DNA of 55,904 nucleotides from Octopus bimaculoides (lineage: Eukaryota), in contig NC_068993.1 of the NCBI RefSeq assembly GCF_001194135.2, forward strand, positions 50,125,877 to 50,181,780, in the 5' to 3' direction. The notes below the pieces were generated by a model that saw only the letters and a list, made by a program, of their open reading frames with translations, was not told where the DNA came from and made no database searches. This document shows, in pieces, positions 38,591-52,785 of this stretch. How positions within the stretch are numbered: the first letter of the stretch is position 1; each line of letters opens with the position of its first letter. Made by a program: the position numbers and the translations under genes.

Positions 38591-41500
38591 ATCATCGTCA
38601 TTATTATTGTTGTTGTTTAAAGTGTTCATTAATTTTAACGTGCCGCTGAAACAAAGTTAATTACTTTCTCGATTAATAATGCATATTAGAAAAGTTAGAG
38701 AGTCACAACATTCCAACGTTACACTTTACAAAATTCCTGCTTCTTAATAACATCAGTAGTGACAGTGGTATTAAAGGTTAAAATCTAAGACACTGTAACA
38801 GATATTTTTATATATCTACTATATATGTTTTATTTCATCTTTCTCACTCTCATATCATGATTCCCTGGTCCCTTTGTCTGTTTTAGCAATTGTATATCAA
38901 AGTGTTTGTGTAACATCTAAACTTTGTAATTGATCAATGTACCGTTTAGTTAGAAAACCAAAGGTTGGAGTCTTTTGTGAATTACAAATACACACACACA
39001 CACACATACAGTGCATATAATAACAAGGAAACTTTCTTTGTTGTCCTTATATAATGTTTATCAATGTCTGGACTCTGGAAGATCTATAGTTTTCAATAAC
39101 TATTGATCAACTGACAATCCTAGAAAATATCCGTTTGTAATAGGCGTTTGTTTGTGTGTGCACGTGCTAAGTGAGTTCAAATCTCGCCGGAATCGACTTA
39201 AGCTTTAGTCCGCCCGATATGGCTACAATGAGTTTTACACTTGTGTTGTTGTTGTTGGTGGTGGTGGTAGTCGGCCTCGGTTTGATCGATCTATGACCAA
39301 AATGCATTTCAAGTTTTACCATTCTATCTTTTCTGAAAGATAGAATGTGTGCTGAGGGAGATTTCAGTGTTATTTCTTGCAGATCGAGCCACAGCATAGA
39401 AGCTCTTTAGTAGCCACGATTTAGTTTCAATCCCCTTACTTCATTAAATCAGCTATACTCTATCCGTAGGAAAGTCTGACCATGTACTCAGCTGGAAAGA
39501 AATCATTGTACAGTTTAGTAGTTAGCATTTGTATATTCAAAAATTGTGCTGTACTTCGCAGAAAGGCATGAAAGCCAAAGTGCTATTTAAGAAAAAAAAA
39601 ATGTTTGGTTTGCTGTGGTCGAAACTGGCTTGCTGGACGTATTTTTTTATTTAAATTTAATCTAACTTTTGTATTTTATGTGGTGTTGAATCTTCCACCC
39701 ATGCCGCCCCATAGGGTCGCAGAAAGGGTTATATATACTGGGGGTGACTAAATAAATAGGAAACCTTCTCTTGGCACATACTAAGAGGGGCCTTCAACGT
39801 AGACACGAAAATCAATTAATGAAATAAGACCATTATTAAATGTGGATAACTGTATACAGCAATAAGTCACGAGTGAAGGTGAGCTACCGGCTTGTTGGGA
39901 TCCCGAATCGATATTCAATATTTGATGGATTTGTCAATTGTTTTTTTTTTTTTTCCATCAAAAGACTTCAGTCCTAAGCGTTACTCTAAACTTTTCACTC
40001 ACTCCTCTAAGCAACACAACTTATCGAAACCCATAAATTCTCAGACTTTATATATTTACTTATTATTATTATTACTTATTTATTTTTTTACTTCATTAAG
40101 GTCACTTCTGGCCCTGAGAAAGTCCTTTAATGTTATTCCATATAAGAAGCTATTTTGCTAACAATTTACTACCATAGTGCTAGTCCTAAGTTAATAGGTT
40201 TTTTTTTTCTTTTCTTTCGAAGAAATATTGTTGTACTATATAGTAATATCAATACTGTTAGTCTGCTTCCTTCTTCCTAACTTTCTCCATTTTGCTTTTT
40301 ATTTCCCCATTTTTTTAAATATTTTTTTTTCTTAGTCTTTATTATTGTGTTGTTTCCCTAGATGATGGAAGAAGACTCATATATAGTCAGTCAGAGCTAC
40401 ATCTTTAAATAAATAAATAAATAAATAAATACATTCATACATACCTACATACATAAAAATAAATAAATATTGGTAATAATTATTTATAACTCTGCTATAA
40501 GTACTGTCAGAGATATTATGATACGACAGTAAACCTACAAACCTGACGCTACATGAATAGCAAGAATTTTCAAAGAACACGAAATCTAAAGAAATTTATA
40601 ATTATATTTTGTACGTTTGCTGATTTATTTATTTTATACTTTTATTTATTTATTTATTTATTTATGTTCACACATTAAAGTAAAAACCAATGAAAATAGT
40701 AACTAGAAAAACAAAAAAAAACAAAACAAACAAACAGCAAAAAACACCCACTGAAAATACACTAAAGAAGAGGGTATTTCTTTTTTCCATTATAGTTTGT
40801 ACGTTTCGTGAAAATCAGTTATTTTCAGTGAAGAAAGGTCTATTTATGTGTACGTATAGCGTCTCCATTAATTTTCAGTTTTTTTTTTTTTTTATGCGAG
40901 TTTGTGCGTGTTTATTAAAGTTTAGATTTGTGTGCATGTACGTGCTGTATGTATGTATGTATATATATATATGTATNNNNNNNNNNNNNNNNNNNNNNNN
41001 NNNNNNNNNNNNNNNNNNNNNNNNNNNNNNNNNNNNNNNNNNNNNNNNNNNNNNNNNNNNNNNNNNNNNNNNNNNNNNNNNNNNNNNNNNNNNNNNNNNN
41101 NNNNNNNNNNNNNNNNNNNNNNNNNNNNNNNNNNNNNNNNNNNNNNNNNNNNNNNNNNNNNNNNNNNNNNNNNNNNNNNNNNNNNNNNNNNNNNNNNNNN
41201 NNNNATATATATATATATAGTACACACATATTCCTGTGTGTATGTGTGTGCCCGCAATGTATATAGTTACATGTATATGCGTATGAGTGTAAACACACAT
41301 TGTATATGTGTAACTATGTATATGCACAGTATGTGTGTATATATGTAAGCATACACGTGTATCTAATGTAGAAATATATTGTTACATGTGTATAATATAT
41401 GTATATATATATATACACGTATATGTGTGTAAGCACACGCGTGTAATTATGTATATACACTTGTATGTGTGTGTGTGTATTTATGTATATGTGCATACGT

Positions 41501-41633
41501 GTATATTAATTATAGATAGATATATGTGCGTGTGAATGTATGTGTATGTATATATATGCGTGTGTGTGATATATGTATGTATGCGTACATGTTTGTATAA
41601 TATGTATGCATGTATACATATCAGTATGTATAC

Positions 41634-41802
41634 CTTGACGACTCCCATCTGCGACAATGAGATGGTTCCGTAGATTCGTCGCACGGAATGTATAGGCATG
41701 TGCGGTTGCCTGTCCGTCTTCCGTTGAGGTTCCGTCGTTGCGAGAGATGAGCAAGTTTTGGCTTTAACCATACTGGTCTCGGTGCCATGGTAGAGCGCGG
41801 TA
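41634..41802 (-). other. GC/CpG-rich island; candidate antisense exon or unrecognised repeat fragment
   Basis: Minus strand tttacttttgatgcgtag|TACC..accATGG..TCGTCAAG|gtatac. From ATG 41788 it reads MAPRPVWLKPKLAHLSQRRNLNGRRTGNRTCLYIPCDESTEPSHCRRWESS. Confidence 0.25.
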
Positions 41803-43348
41803 CTACGCATCAAAAGTAAATAGGAAGTGCTAAAGATGGTCATACTAGATAAGTGAGACTACAGTTAACATACGTTTACGTACATACGTGTGCATAAATA
41901 TATTTACATTTATATGTATGCAAATGCGTCTATATATATGTATAATTACGTATATACTTTTTGTCGTTGTGCAAAACATTATAGTGTTACCTATATATGT
42001 GTGTGTGTGTGTGTGCGTATTCACACACACACATATAATCAAACAGTGGCTAATATTTTCCGTGTGAGAGAATCTGTTTATCAGTTATTTATTCTAAGAT
42101 AGCTAGGTTTATCGTGTTCTAAGAACGCACACAGTATTAGTGGTGTTATTGAGATAAAATATTTGAGAAGTCGTCTTTCTATTTTATATGCAAATAAATT
42201 TTCGCTATCTTTCAATAAAACATTGTGTAAAGTTAAAGAACGTGCGTGGTTGGTGGGGAGATGTGACCAGGCCAGACTTTAGAAGGCTGAATTTGTTGCT
42301 TATTGTATAATTGATTCACTACTTTACCAAGTCACCTACCTACCTACAATATTGTTCTGAGATCGAACGTTACTGAGGTCGCTTTCATTTTCCTTTTCAT
42401 TTATTTATTTATAATTTTTTTTTTTTACATTCTTATGGCGAGAGAACTATTATTGGTATCGATTATTTCGTCTATATTTTTTTCACCCTTACATAAATCA
42501 GTTTTGATTCCGAATCACATCGAACAGAAATAAGTTCCCTGTTCAGCAGATTCACATAACGGGTTTCATCACTAGTTTATGAATACTTCACGCCAAAAAA
42601 ACAAAAAAAAAACAAAACAAAAACGATTGTGTAAAAGGTATAAACGTCGCACCGTTACGCTTCCCTATTTCTGTTAGTTTGAAAGCGTGGACGGTTTCAG
42701 AAATCAATATTTCTCAGATACGAAAACAGGTTATGAATTTTCTGTGATCATACCTTGATGTTGCATTATTGGTCGGTCTCATGGCAGGAACCTTTCTTAT
42801 AGTGCACAGCATGATGTGAAATCCATCCTTTAAGTCAATGTTAAAAGAACAACTTAAAGCTCACGAGTTCGAAATTCATTGTTGAAAATAACATTAGTTA
42901 TTGCAATACATTTCCATATTTTAAAACGTATTTGTAAATAAATACATATAGTTTGAGATGAGAACCAAGTGACACACCGGTGTCTCCACTTTGTTGAGTT
43001 ACTTTACCAAAAGACAATATATCGAACCATGCTTTACTGCTTGTGACCCAGTGGTTTAAGAGCATTGATATATATAATTTCATTTGTAGCTGATGTGTAT
43101 TTAAGTAAATATAAGTAGATTATCTAACAAGATACATGATCCGTCGTTACTTCAGAGCAATTCGGACTAGTGGCGGGTTATATGTCTATTACATGTACAG
43201 TGTGTATGGTTACTGTCTCCAACGCTTTACCCCACCAGTACTCTTTTATATACCCTTGAAAAAAAGGCATGAAGATGCTACTCCGTTTCCTCTCATTTTT
43301 GCGCATAGCTTTAATCTGTTTTTAGGTCTTCACGCTAGGATGGTACTT

Positions 43349-43495
43349 TGGCAGAATCGTTAGAACGTTAGTAAAAATACTTTGCGGTATTTGCTCTGGC
43401 TGTTTATGTCCTGAGATCAAAATCCCTCTGCGGTCAACTTTTCCTTTCATCTTCTGAGGTCGATCAAATAAAGTATCAGTCAAGTACAGGGGGAA
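43349..43495 (+). mobile_element. SINE family B, partial
   Basis: tggcagaatcgttagaacg..ctgagatcaaaatcc..ggtcaacttttcctttcatc..gaggtcgatcaaataaagtatcagt. Confidence 0.75.
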
Positions 43496-44907
43496 ATTAC
43501 TACAGTCTACGATCCGGTTTCATTATTTAATTGGAGCCATTTCACTGTCGTAATTCAATGCTTGATCACAACATTCCATAACGACTTCATTTCCCATATA
43601 CGGTGGTTTTTTACTTCAAATCTCGTCCTTTCTGCGCCACTATCAATAAATAGTTTCTGAAGAATGTCACAGAACATGACATTTTTTTAAGGGAAAGGAA
43701 ACCAAAAGTATGACATTCTGTCGTCATTTACTTTAAAAGTAAACAGTAAAAATAATAAAAATCGGATAACGAAATCGAATGGGAGAAAAGCTTCCGAAAA
43801 CAGACATACATGTTTCGATAGACGCCAACGGTACTAATTAACAAATCCTTACATCACATCAATTTTGTTGGACTTCCCTATGTTGAAAGGAAAATTTAGA
43901 ATTTAGATGATCAAATGAATCTATCTCTGTATACATAACTGGTATACATATTGTCAACCTCTGGAATAGAAGGTAAAGATGACTTCTGTAAGATAACTAA
44001 ACCAGCTTCCATTGAACGTGTACACTTCGTTGTGCGATCAGTCAGTGATTTATTAAGGATCGTCTCAGTCCTTTCTGATCATGACATTTTCGAACATATT
44101 TCTTTTGGATGAGATATGTGGTTGAATTCGTTCGTTATTTCCATGAACTTATATTACTACCAGTATTAAGGGAAAAATTCTAAAACTAAATGAGTCTATA
44201 AACAGGTCCTGTATATGTAGATGCATGTATGTATTTATGTATATTTGTTTGAATGCGCATGTTTATGTATGTTCATGTTCTTGTGGCATATGGTATACAT
44301 GTAGGTTGGCTGTTTGTGTTTGCATGATCACGTAAACGTGAACCTGTTCATTAGATTTTACCCACACACACATTTCAGTAGAATTATTACAGATGTGTTA
44401 ATATGTGCCTATATATATATATATATGATCCTATTTGGACATGTACTTATATATGTGTTTATGTGTGTACACATATATACATACATGTTAATACGCATAC
44501 ATGTGTAGTTACCGAAAATCGTTTCTGTGTCATCGGGTCTCTTCTCTGATTCCCCTGAGTCACGTGTTGAACAAGACAAGTTGCATTAAAAGTACACGGC
44601 GGCTGTGGAATACTCAGTGATATACCCGTCAATTTAACGAGTAGTGAGTTAGGTTGATCGAACAGCTGAATGCTCTTCGCCGCAACCAATGGAGGATCCG
44701 CCATATTATTCAGACGCACATATACACTTTCACTCAACACACACACATAGTTGTATGTTTATATATATATATATATATGCTTGTGTGTGTGTGTATGTCA
44801 ACATACACATTCATGTTTGAAAATATATATATATACATACATATATATATATATATACGCGCCTGCGCGCTCACACGTGCATATATTATACACATATATG
44901 TGCGCAC

Positions 44908-44982
<75 letters not shown>

Positions 44983-45406
44983 GCTCTACACTCCAGTGAC
45001 CGTGTGAGTCTTAGTAATTTAGTAAAGTGTCCTTTCACTACTGTTCAATATGCGTGCCTGTTTATAGCACTACCACCACGACCATCACCACCAACAACGC
45101 TATACCGTTCCCCTGATAGCACGTACTTGACAATTTCCATCAAACATCTTGCCGCATTTAATCACTTTAATTCTGTTTACATGTCTACTGTGAATTAATA
45201 TTGTAGAGGTGTATTTATATAATTGCAAACACAAACATATTACAGACGCTTGTTGTCATCTCAATATTTAGACATGCACAAACGGATACATATATACGTA
45301 CATAGATACATACATACATACATACATACATATCTGTAGGAATTCATTTGTTGCATATACGAATTTCTATAATATAATGGCATACTTGTATGATTCTGTG
45401 TACATC

Positions 45407-45463
<57 letters not shown>

Positions 45464-45836
45464 GTGTGTATATACACACACACACATACATACACAGATA
45501 AGTGTGTGTTTGTGTAATATATGTATATGTGTATATTTACATTTATAGGTACACATGCATACATATATATAGTGATAGCTACATACATATGCACATGCAT
45601 ACATTTATAATGCTTATCATATACACGTGTGTGTGTGTATGTGTGTATATAAACATGCATATATTGTTTTTATGTCTATTTATCTACATATGTACTTACA
45701 TACGTGAAAACATATATGCATGTATGAATGTATAGTTTGTGTAGTGTATATAAATACGGATGAAGTACGAATAAATAAATGTGATACGGTATATATCCTG
45801 TCTCTGTGTGATGGGGAATAAAGAGTTTCTACATGC

Positions 45837-45874
<38 letters not shown>

Positions 45875-46387
45875 GGGTGTGTGTGTGTGTGCATGCGTGT
45901 GCTCATTTGCTCCTCTGTGTGTATGTGTGTGGGCATTATCGATTTTTTTTCTTTTCGTTAGTTTTCTAGTGCGATGACATGATGTCTGTGTACATTGACA
46001 CTTTTGATTTTTTCGTCTTTCACCACAAATCAACTGAAACAGAGTAACACTTTTATACATAAAATATGCACACACATACATACAGGCGCATGCATATCGT
46101 GTATATATATATATATACTAACTCTTGTGGATGTAATGCACGATTGAATGTGCAGACAGAAATGTACTCAATACAGCTGAATGTTTATTCATTCCATTAT
46201 TGGGGTTCTGAGTCAATTTCCTGTTACTACTCGGAGTTTTCTGGCTTACGTGCAACGTTGATTCCGTAACGCGAAACGGAATGGAGTGTGATTCTCAGCG
46301 CTGAGAACATACACACGCATCCACGCGCGCACACATGCCCGAATGTGTGTGTGTGAAAAAGTGTCTACAGATAAGTGGGGGGAGGAG

Positions 46388-46420
<33 letters not shown>

Positions 46421-49234
46421 ACGCACACGCACACGCANNNNNNNNNNACACACACGCACACGCACACGCACACGCACACGCACACGCACACACACACACA
46501 CACATTCGTTCATTCGTTCAGAAGTAGATAAATGTAGATACAAACATAAACTTATCCGTATGAATATATTTTCTTACATTTATACACGACCGCATGTAAA
46601 GCTGAATGTATGCGAGGGTATGTGTAATATTAATATTAATATATATATATGCATACGCGCGCGCACGTGTATGTGTACGTACGCTTGTATGTATATATGA
46701 ATAGACACATCCACATGTGTGTTTGTAATGATTATGCTGAATCCTATAATGCTATTAGGCATTGTTTATGACTAACGGAACCTAAGATTCCTCGTCTCCT
46801 CTATTATCTTACACACACATGTATATAATAAATGTATATGTGTATATATAAGGAAAAGGGGGAGAGAGAGAGGTGGGGGTTATTTAGTTTAATCTTATTC
46901 CAATGTCTTCCTTGTGGCTCCGATGTGTATTAAACATTTATATTCTTATCAGCTCCCTTCTATTTTTATGCTCTCTTGTCTTTCTTCTTCTCTGTCTTTC
47001 TTTCTGTCCCCCACCTCTCTCTCTCTCTCTTTCATTTGTTTCTTAAACAGAAACTCGTAAATTATTGAAAAAGTGTTCATATTCTTGGTCTATGTTTGAA
47101 TGTTTTTAGTGCTACTTATGTCAATGTTGATGATGATGATACCGATGATGGTACTTTGGTGTCGTCTTCAATATTCTACTCTAGTTATTGTCTTGTATAA
47201 TTTCTTATTCTCTTATCTCATACTTTTAATAACTTCTTCTCGAGTCTTCTTGGTTTTATTCTATAAAATTCCTCTCTTGTTACAGTCGTTTTCATCTGTA
47301 ATCTTCTAGTGTTTTCTTCATCTGCAGACTTTATTTTTCTCCGCCGCAGTCTTTTTTGTTCCATGTCATTTTATGTCCTCTTTCGCCTCCAAGACCGAAA
47401 ATAAATTTCACTATACGTCCGTTTATTACCTGTTTGGGTGACGTAGTTTTTGTTAGTTCATCGAACGACAGAAGCAAACACGGTGAAATAGGTATAAATG
47501 CTTGTATATGTATCTATAAAACGAGAAGAAACTAAAGTTGTTTTCCTAGCTTCTCCTTTCAGTTTTATTGTTCTGGTCTGTAAATGATGTCCTGGTCTTT
47601 TCTAAATATTACAAACTGCACTTCGTCCTCAGACAGGAACAGATGTAATGAAATTAGATCTGTCCGCTTTCCATGAATTTTTACTCCAGGGCACTCTATT
47701 TTTTTTATTAATTATTTTCTTTATTAGGCATCATGTTAGAGAGATTTTCGTTATAATTTTTTTAAAAGACAGATGTGATGGCGTGACATTCAAGTCTGTT
47801 CCATACTCATTTACCACGTAAGTGCATGGAGAATATTTTAACTGGAAAATCGAAACCGTGTCGTGGATTACTACTCTCATTTCAGTAGAAGCCACCTCAA
47901 ATTTTTGCTTAATACAAAGACAGTCTTGCAGATTTTGCTTTTAAAAAGAATACAACTCAATCTGGCACATATAGTATGTAAGTTGTGTGTATATGAAAAT
48001 ATGTATTACTTCCACAAATACACATTTAAACCCACACATACTGGATGGAACCGGTAAAAGAAAAAATGCGTGTTTGTGTGTGTCTGTGCTCACATCTGTG
48101 TATAATTTCTTGCGCATCGGGGTAGTGTATTGTTACACGTAAGTCTATGTTTAATTTCGCAAGAGTATGGTATATCTCTGTTAAGATATCAAGTGTAACC
48201 TTATAGAAGTTGCGTTGAAATTGATCCCAGTTTTAAATAAGATTTTCAGACCCACCAATTATAATTGTCTTTAACTCTCTGATGTATGTATGTTTTGGTG
48301 TTTGATTTGCATACATTTCAAATATATTTGGCTCTCTTTTCCTCTCTAAATTAGATTAAGCTTGTAAGTTTTAATGGCTATATTACATCAAATGTCTCGT
48401 CTTACTTTCTGATATCATTAAGAGATTTCATTAAGTTATTGGATATAATAATGCAGCGAAGAAGCTGTAAGAAACAGTTACAGAACATTGGCATAAAGTA
48501 CACATTTAATGATAATTAAGAATTTTCTTCGCGAAATGCAGGAGGTCACAAGGTTCGGTTGCATTGACTTCAAATTACGTGGCATCGAGTGGATCTCAGG
48601 TAAATCTCCATTGCAAGTAAAATTCCCAGAAGAACTTGTGCCTATCCTTTCTACAGCTAGATGCCTATTCGTTTCTATAAATACTTGAATATTGTAATCC
48701 CTGTTCTCTGCATAGATGATTAAAACAACAACAATAAATAAATAAAATCAAACAGAAAACCATGTTTACATCTGTAATAATCTCTTTCTTTCTTCTACAC
48801 AAGCCTCTAATAACGCAGAGGTGTAATCGAATGTTCGCCCCACGTATATCGCTGGCGATAATTTCACTAACCATCTTCGAGAGTCGAACGCTATTTAGAG
48901 ACATTTTTGATAGCCAGAGAGAAGGCGATATTTCTCAGTGACATGAATGAATCTGATGTATAAGTAGTGAGAATCGAAACCGAAGGCACTTCCATTCGCT
49001 GATATCAAGGATGAAACCCCTTCAGTAATTACAGTGATTGGTTGTAAACAAGAGTAAGTTGTAATAATTGGTAGATTGTATTGCAAAGACTGACAAATGA
49101 TTCTGGAAAAACTGGTATGAAGTTTATACTTATACATACCCGTGTGTGTATCTTGCGAGCAAATTTGGGTTTCGATAGTATCGACTAACTCTCCTCCCCT
49201 CAAAATTACTTGCCTTGGGTTTAAATTAGAAACA

Positions 49235-49570
49235 ATTAGAGAGTTATTAAGAAAGCAGTATGTTCTGATTTCAAATCCTAGCGAGACCCACCTTACCTTT
49301 CATCCATTTGATGTCGATAAAGAATTAGTCAAATACGGGAGTCGGTTCCTCCAAAATTTCTGGCCTTGTGCCAGTGTTAGAAATAATTATTAAGAAGGCG
49401 GTTGATTGACAAAATTGTTAGCGCGTCAGACATGATTGCCCAGCGAAGTCAACTTTATGTTTCATTATTTCGAAGTCTAATAAAATAAGTACCAGTTGAT
49501 TACTGGGGTCGATGTAATCGACTAATCCTCTTCTTAAAATTACTGGCTTTATGCTAAAATTTGTAACATG
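49235..49570 (+). mobile_element. Two head-to-tail degenerate SINE family B copies
   Basis: Tails caaaatttctggccttgtgcc (49350-49372) and aaataagtaccagttgattactggggtcgatgtaatcgact (49485-49525). Confidence 0.7.
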
Positions 49571-51012
49571 ATGATTATTATTATTATTATTATCATGTTT
49601 GCATTTCTTTATTTTTATTTCTGGTGAGTTAAGAACGGTTGGATATACCTTATCCATGCTTATCGCGCAAACGAACTTCTCAGTAGGTAAGTATTATTTA
49701 AAGCGAATGCCCTGCCACCATGTGGTGGTTATGTCGAAACGAAATAAGTAGATAAATACAATTTCATCATTTTGCTACAAGGTAACCACAGACTTGGATT
49801 AAAATTCTCTTATTTCCTTTCCTTTGTCTCCTTTCAAAATAATATATAAAGACGAACAAAAAAAACTGTAGAAACCTGTTCAAAAACCTTCCCAATTAGA
49901 GTAGGATTTGTGTAAAGCTTGACATGATGCTGTCATGGCTCGCTCAGCGTGAAACCTGGTCGTTCACCTCGCTGGCTCTATATAGTCGTCCTACCGGCTT
50001 CTAGCCTCACCAACCTATTTTACTCGGCTTACGATTTCAGCAGAAAATTCTCCGCAAATCATCCATTATTCTCACCACGAACTTTCTTTCCTGGCTTGAT
50101 TGGCGCGCGTGTCCCAGCAACAACATGAATAATATAAATATTTTGCCTCATTTCTGGACATTTACTGCAACAGAGAGAGATTTTGAATTCCATCAACACG
50201 CACGCACTCACACACACACACACACGTTATAGTATAGGAAACCAGAAGGGTTTAGGCGTTTCAAATAAGCATATACTTAGAACGCACAGTTTTCTTTACC
50301 CTCCTCCATACCATTCAAGTCCTCTCCAAATGACAACAAGTTTGATAACTAATTCTGCTCTAAGGATAATAAAGTATCTGGAATTAAGTAGCACTAATCC
50401 GCACTAATCCGAGGAATTTATTCCGTGCACTTGTTCTGCGGCACTTTTCTTGAAATTATCTTTCCTCCGGTGATCAGTCAGCTTTGAACTCTAAACCCGA
50501 GAACTGTACATTTGTTCTTGGATAGTTATTGGATTTATTTCTCCGGGGCTATTTCTTTAACCCATTCTTTCACTTGATCCACAACTAATATATATATATA
50601 TGTCTGTGTGTGTGTATAAAATTTTCGCAATAAGATTTTCATTACCAGTCGATGAGGATAGAATTTCAAATCGCTAAAACGCTGAAAGAAAATGCTGTTT
50701 TTTCTTTTTATTAGTCTTCGGATTATTGCAGAGAAGTAAACTTTGGTTGAGGCTTTTTTTCCCCCTATATCTTTTAGTTAAGCGGGAGCAGAATTCATGA
50801 CTCGTTACAGGGTCTCCAAGACTAGTGTGAGAGGAGGAAGAAGGTATCCTTCAAATCAGAAACCTCACTCGAGTTCTTGTTACAGTGGACTTTACTAAAG
50901 GCAGCTAAGGTGCCAAGTGACAATGTTAAGTCTCCTGTCCAAGTAGGCCATGGTGGGATTTCAACTCAGAATACAAAGAGCCGGAACAAGTGCTGTAAAG
51001 CATGCGGCCCAC

Positions 51013-51190
51013 GGGCATATGGCGTAGTGGTTAAAAGCGCAGGCTACTAGCCCCAAGATGCCGAGTTCGATTCCAAGCAGTGACCTGAGCAATAATAATA
51101 ACATCGAAAAATACTTTAGGAATGAGAACCCAGGTTCGAAATTTTCCCAAGACACTTGATGAAGGCTGGAGGTATATCAGCCGAAACGTT
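51013..51190 (+). mobile_element. tRNA-headed non-autonomous element with a Penelope-type hammerhead-like 3' motif
   Basis: A-box TGGCGTAGTGG and B-box GAGTTCGATTCC, then cacTTGATGA-a-ggctg(ga ggtata t)cagcc-GAAAC-gtt at 51156-51190. Confidence 0.65.
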
Positions 51191-51352
51191 ATCTCAAATT
51201 TGCTGGCCTTGTGCATGAATTAGAAACATAATCATTATTAACATTGTTCCATGTTACACGTTTGTCAAACTCTTGTCCGATAATTGTCTTAATGCGTAAG
51301 TCCAGCGCTTGAGTAACTCGTATGGTAATTCTCAGCCAATAAAGATTATACA

Positions 51353-51395
<43 letters not shown>

Positions 51396-52051
51396 CTATT
51401 ATGTCGTCTCACTGTCTAATTCGAACGTGCAGCTCCTGTCGAATCTCTCTTATGGAATGTGACTTCGATATTAATATTACTATCCCAATTATAAGTGTCT
51501 GCACTGCTGTGCATATTGATAACATTGCAGTCGCTTGCCAGAATCTTTACTTCACTTTGAAATCGTGACTGAAAGTAGGTGCAATGTTTTAACTATTCGT
51601 GCCAGACGTAGATTTGTAACCCCCCACCTCCTCGCGCAACGATTTCAGGCAAGTAAAATGCTGTCGGCTGTGTCAAACAAATCGAATAAATAAACTCCAG
51701 GGTGTTGCCACATTTACTATAAGACTTTGGAGAAATCGTGCCAGAAACCTGAAGCATTTCTTCAGGTTCCTGAAATTAATGGAAACGATGTTGATCGTAG
51801 TTTATATTGCGCAGGTTTATTTATGTGCTAAGACGTAGGTGACGCTATTAAGTCTAACTTGCCTTAATTAATTTCCTTAACGAATACGTTAATTTGCCAC
51901 GAACAAAGTCATCTCTTCGTTTTAAGTTTGTGTATACTATTCTCTTTCTGTATATGTATATTATTTGGACAGACAATATTTGTTTCCACACATTGCATGC
52001 ATACACATACATGTGTGTATGCGTTGATATATTCATACACACACACATGCG

Positions 52052-52114
<63 letters not shown>

Positions 52115-52785
52115 NNNNNNNNNNNNNNNNNNNNNNNNNNNNNNNNNNNNNNNNNNNNNNNNNNNNNNNNNNNNNNNNNNNNNNNNNNNNNNNNNNNNNN
52201 NNNNNNNNNNNNNNNNNNNNNNNNNNNNNNNNNNNNNNNNNNNNNNNNNNNNNNNNNNNNNNNNNNNNNNNNNNNNNNNNNNNNNNNNNNNNNNNNNNNN
52301 NNNNNNNNNNNNNNNNNNNNNNNNNNNNNNNNNNNNNNNNNNNNNNNNNNNNNNNNNNNNNNNNNNNNNNNNNNNNNNNNNNNNNNNNNNNNNNNNNNNN
52401 NNNNNNNNNNNNNNNNNNNNNNNNNNNNNNNNNNNNNNNNNNNNNNNNNNNNNNNNNNNNNNNNNNNNNNNNNNNNNNNNNNNNNNNNNNNNNNNNNNNN
52501 NNNNNNNNNNNNNNNNNNNNNNNNNNNNNNNNNNNNNNNNNNNNNNNNNNNNNNNNNNNNNNNNNNNNNNNNNNNNNNNNNNNNNNNNNNNNNNNNNNNN
52601 NNNNNNNNNNNNNNNNNNNNNNNNNNNNNNNNNNNNNNNNNNNNNNNNNNNNNNNNNNNNNNNNNNNNNNNNNNNNNNNNNNNNNNNNNNNNNNNNNNNN
52701 NNNNNNNNNNNNNNNNNNNNNNNNNNNNNNNNNNNNNNNNNNNNNNNNNNNNNNNNNNNNNNNNNNNNNNNNNNNNNNNNNNNNN
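52115..52785. other. 671-N assembly gap whose right edge reads G|GTGAGT (possible hidden exon)
   Basis: The first called bases after the gap are g52786 followed by GTGAGT (52787-52792), a consensus splice donor. Confidence 0.4.

Noticed and set aside
46292-46307. Perfect 16-bp palindrome ttctcagcgctgagaa
   Set aside because: About one such palindrome is expected by chance in a window of this size.
48542-48599. 58-nt AG...GT exon candidate (RSQGSVALTSNYVASSGSQ in phase 2)
   Set aside because: Weak acceptor, not ephrin-like, and it would shift the frame.
51013-51075. Possible tRNA gene
   Set aside because: It has A and B boxes but no complete cloverleaf or acceptor stem, and it continues into a repeat body, so it is a SINE head.
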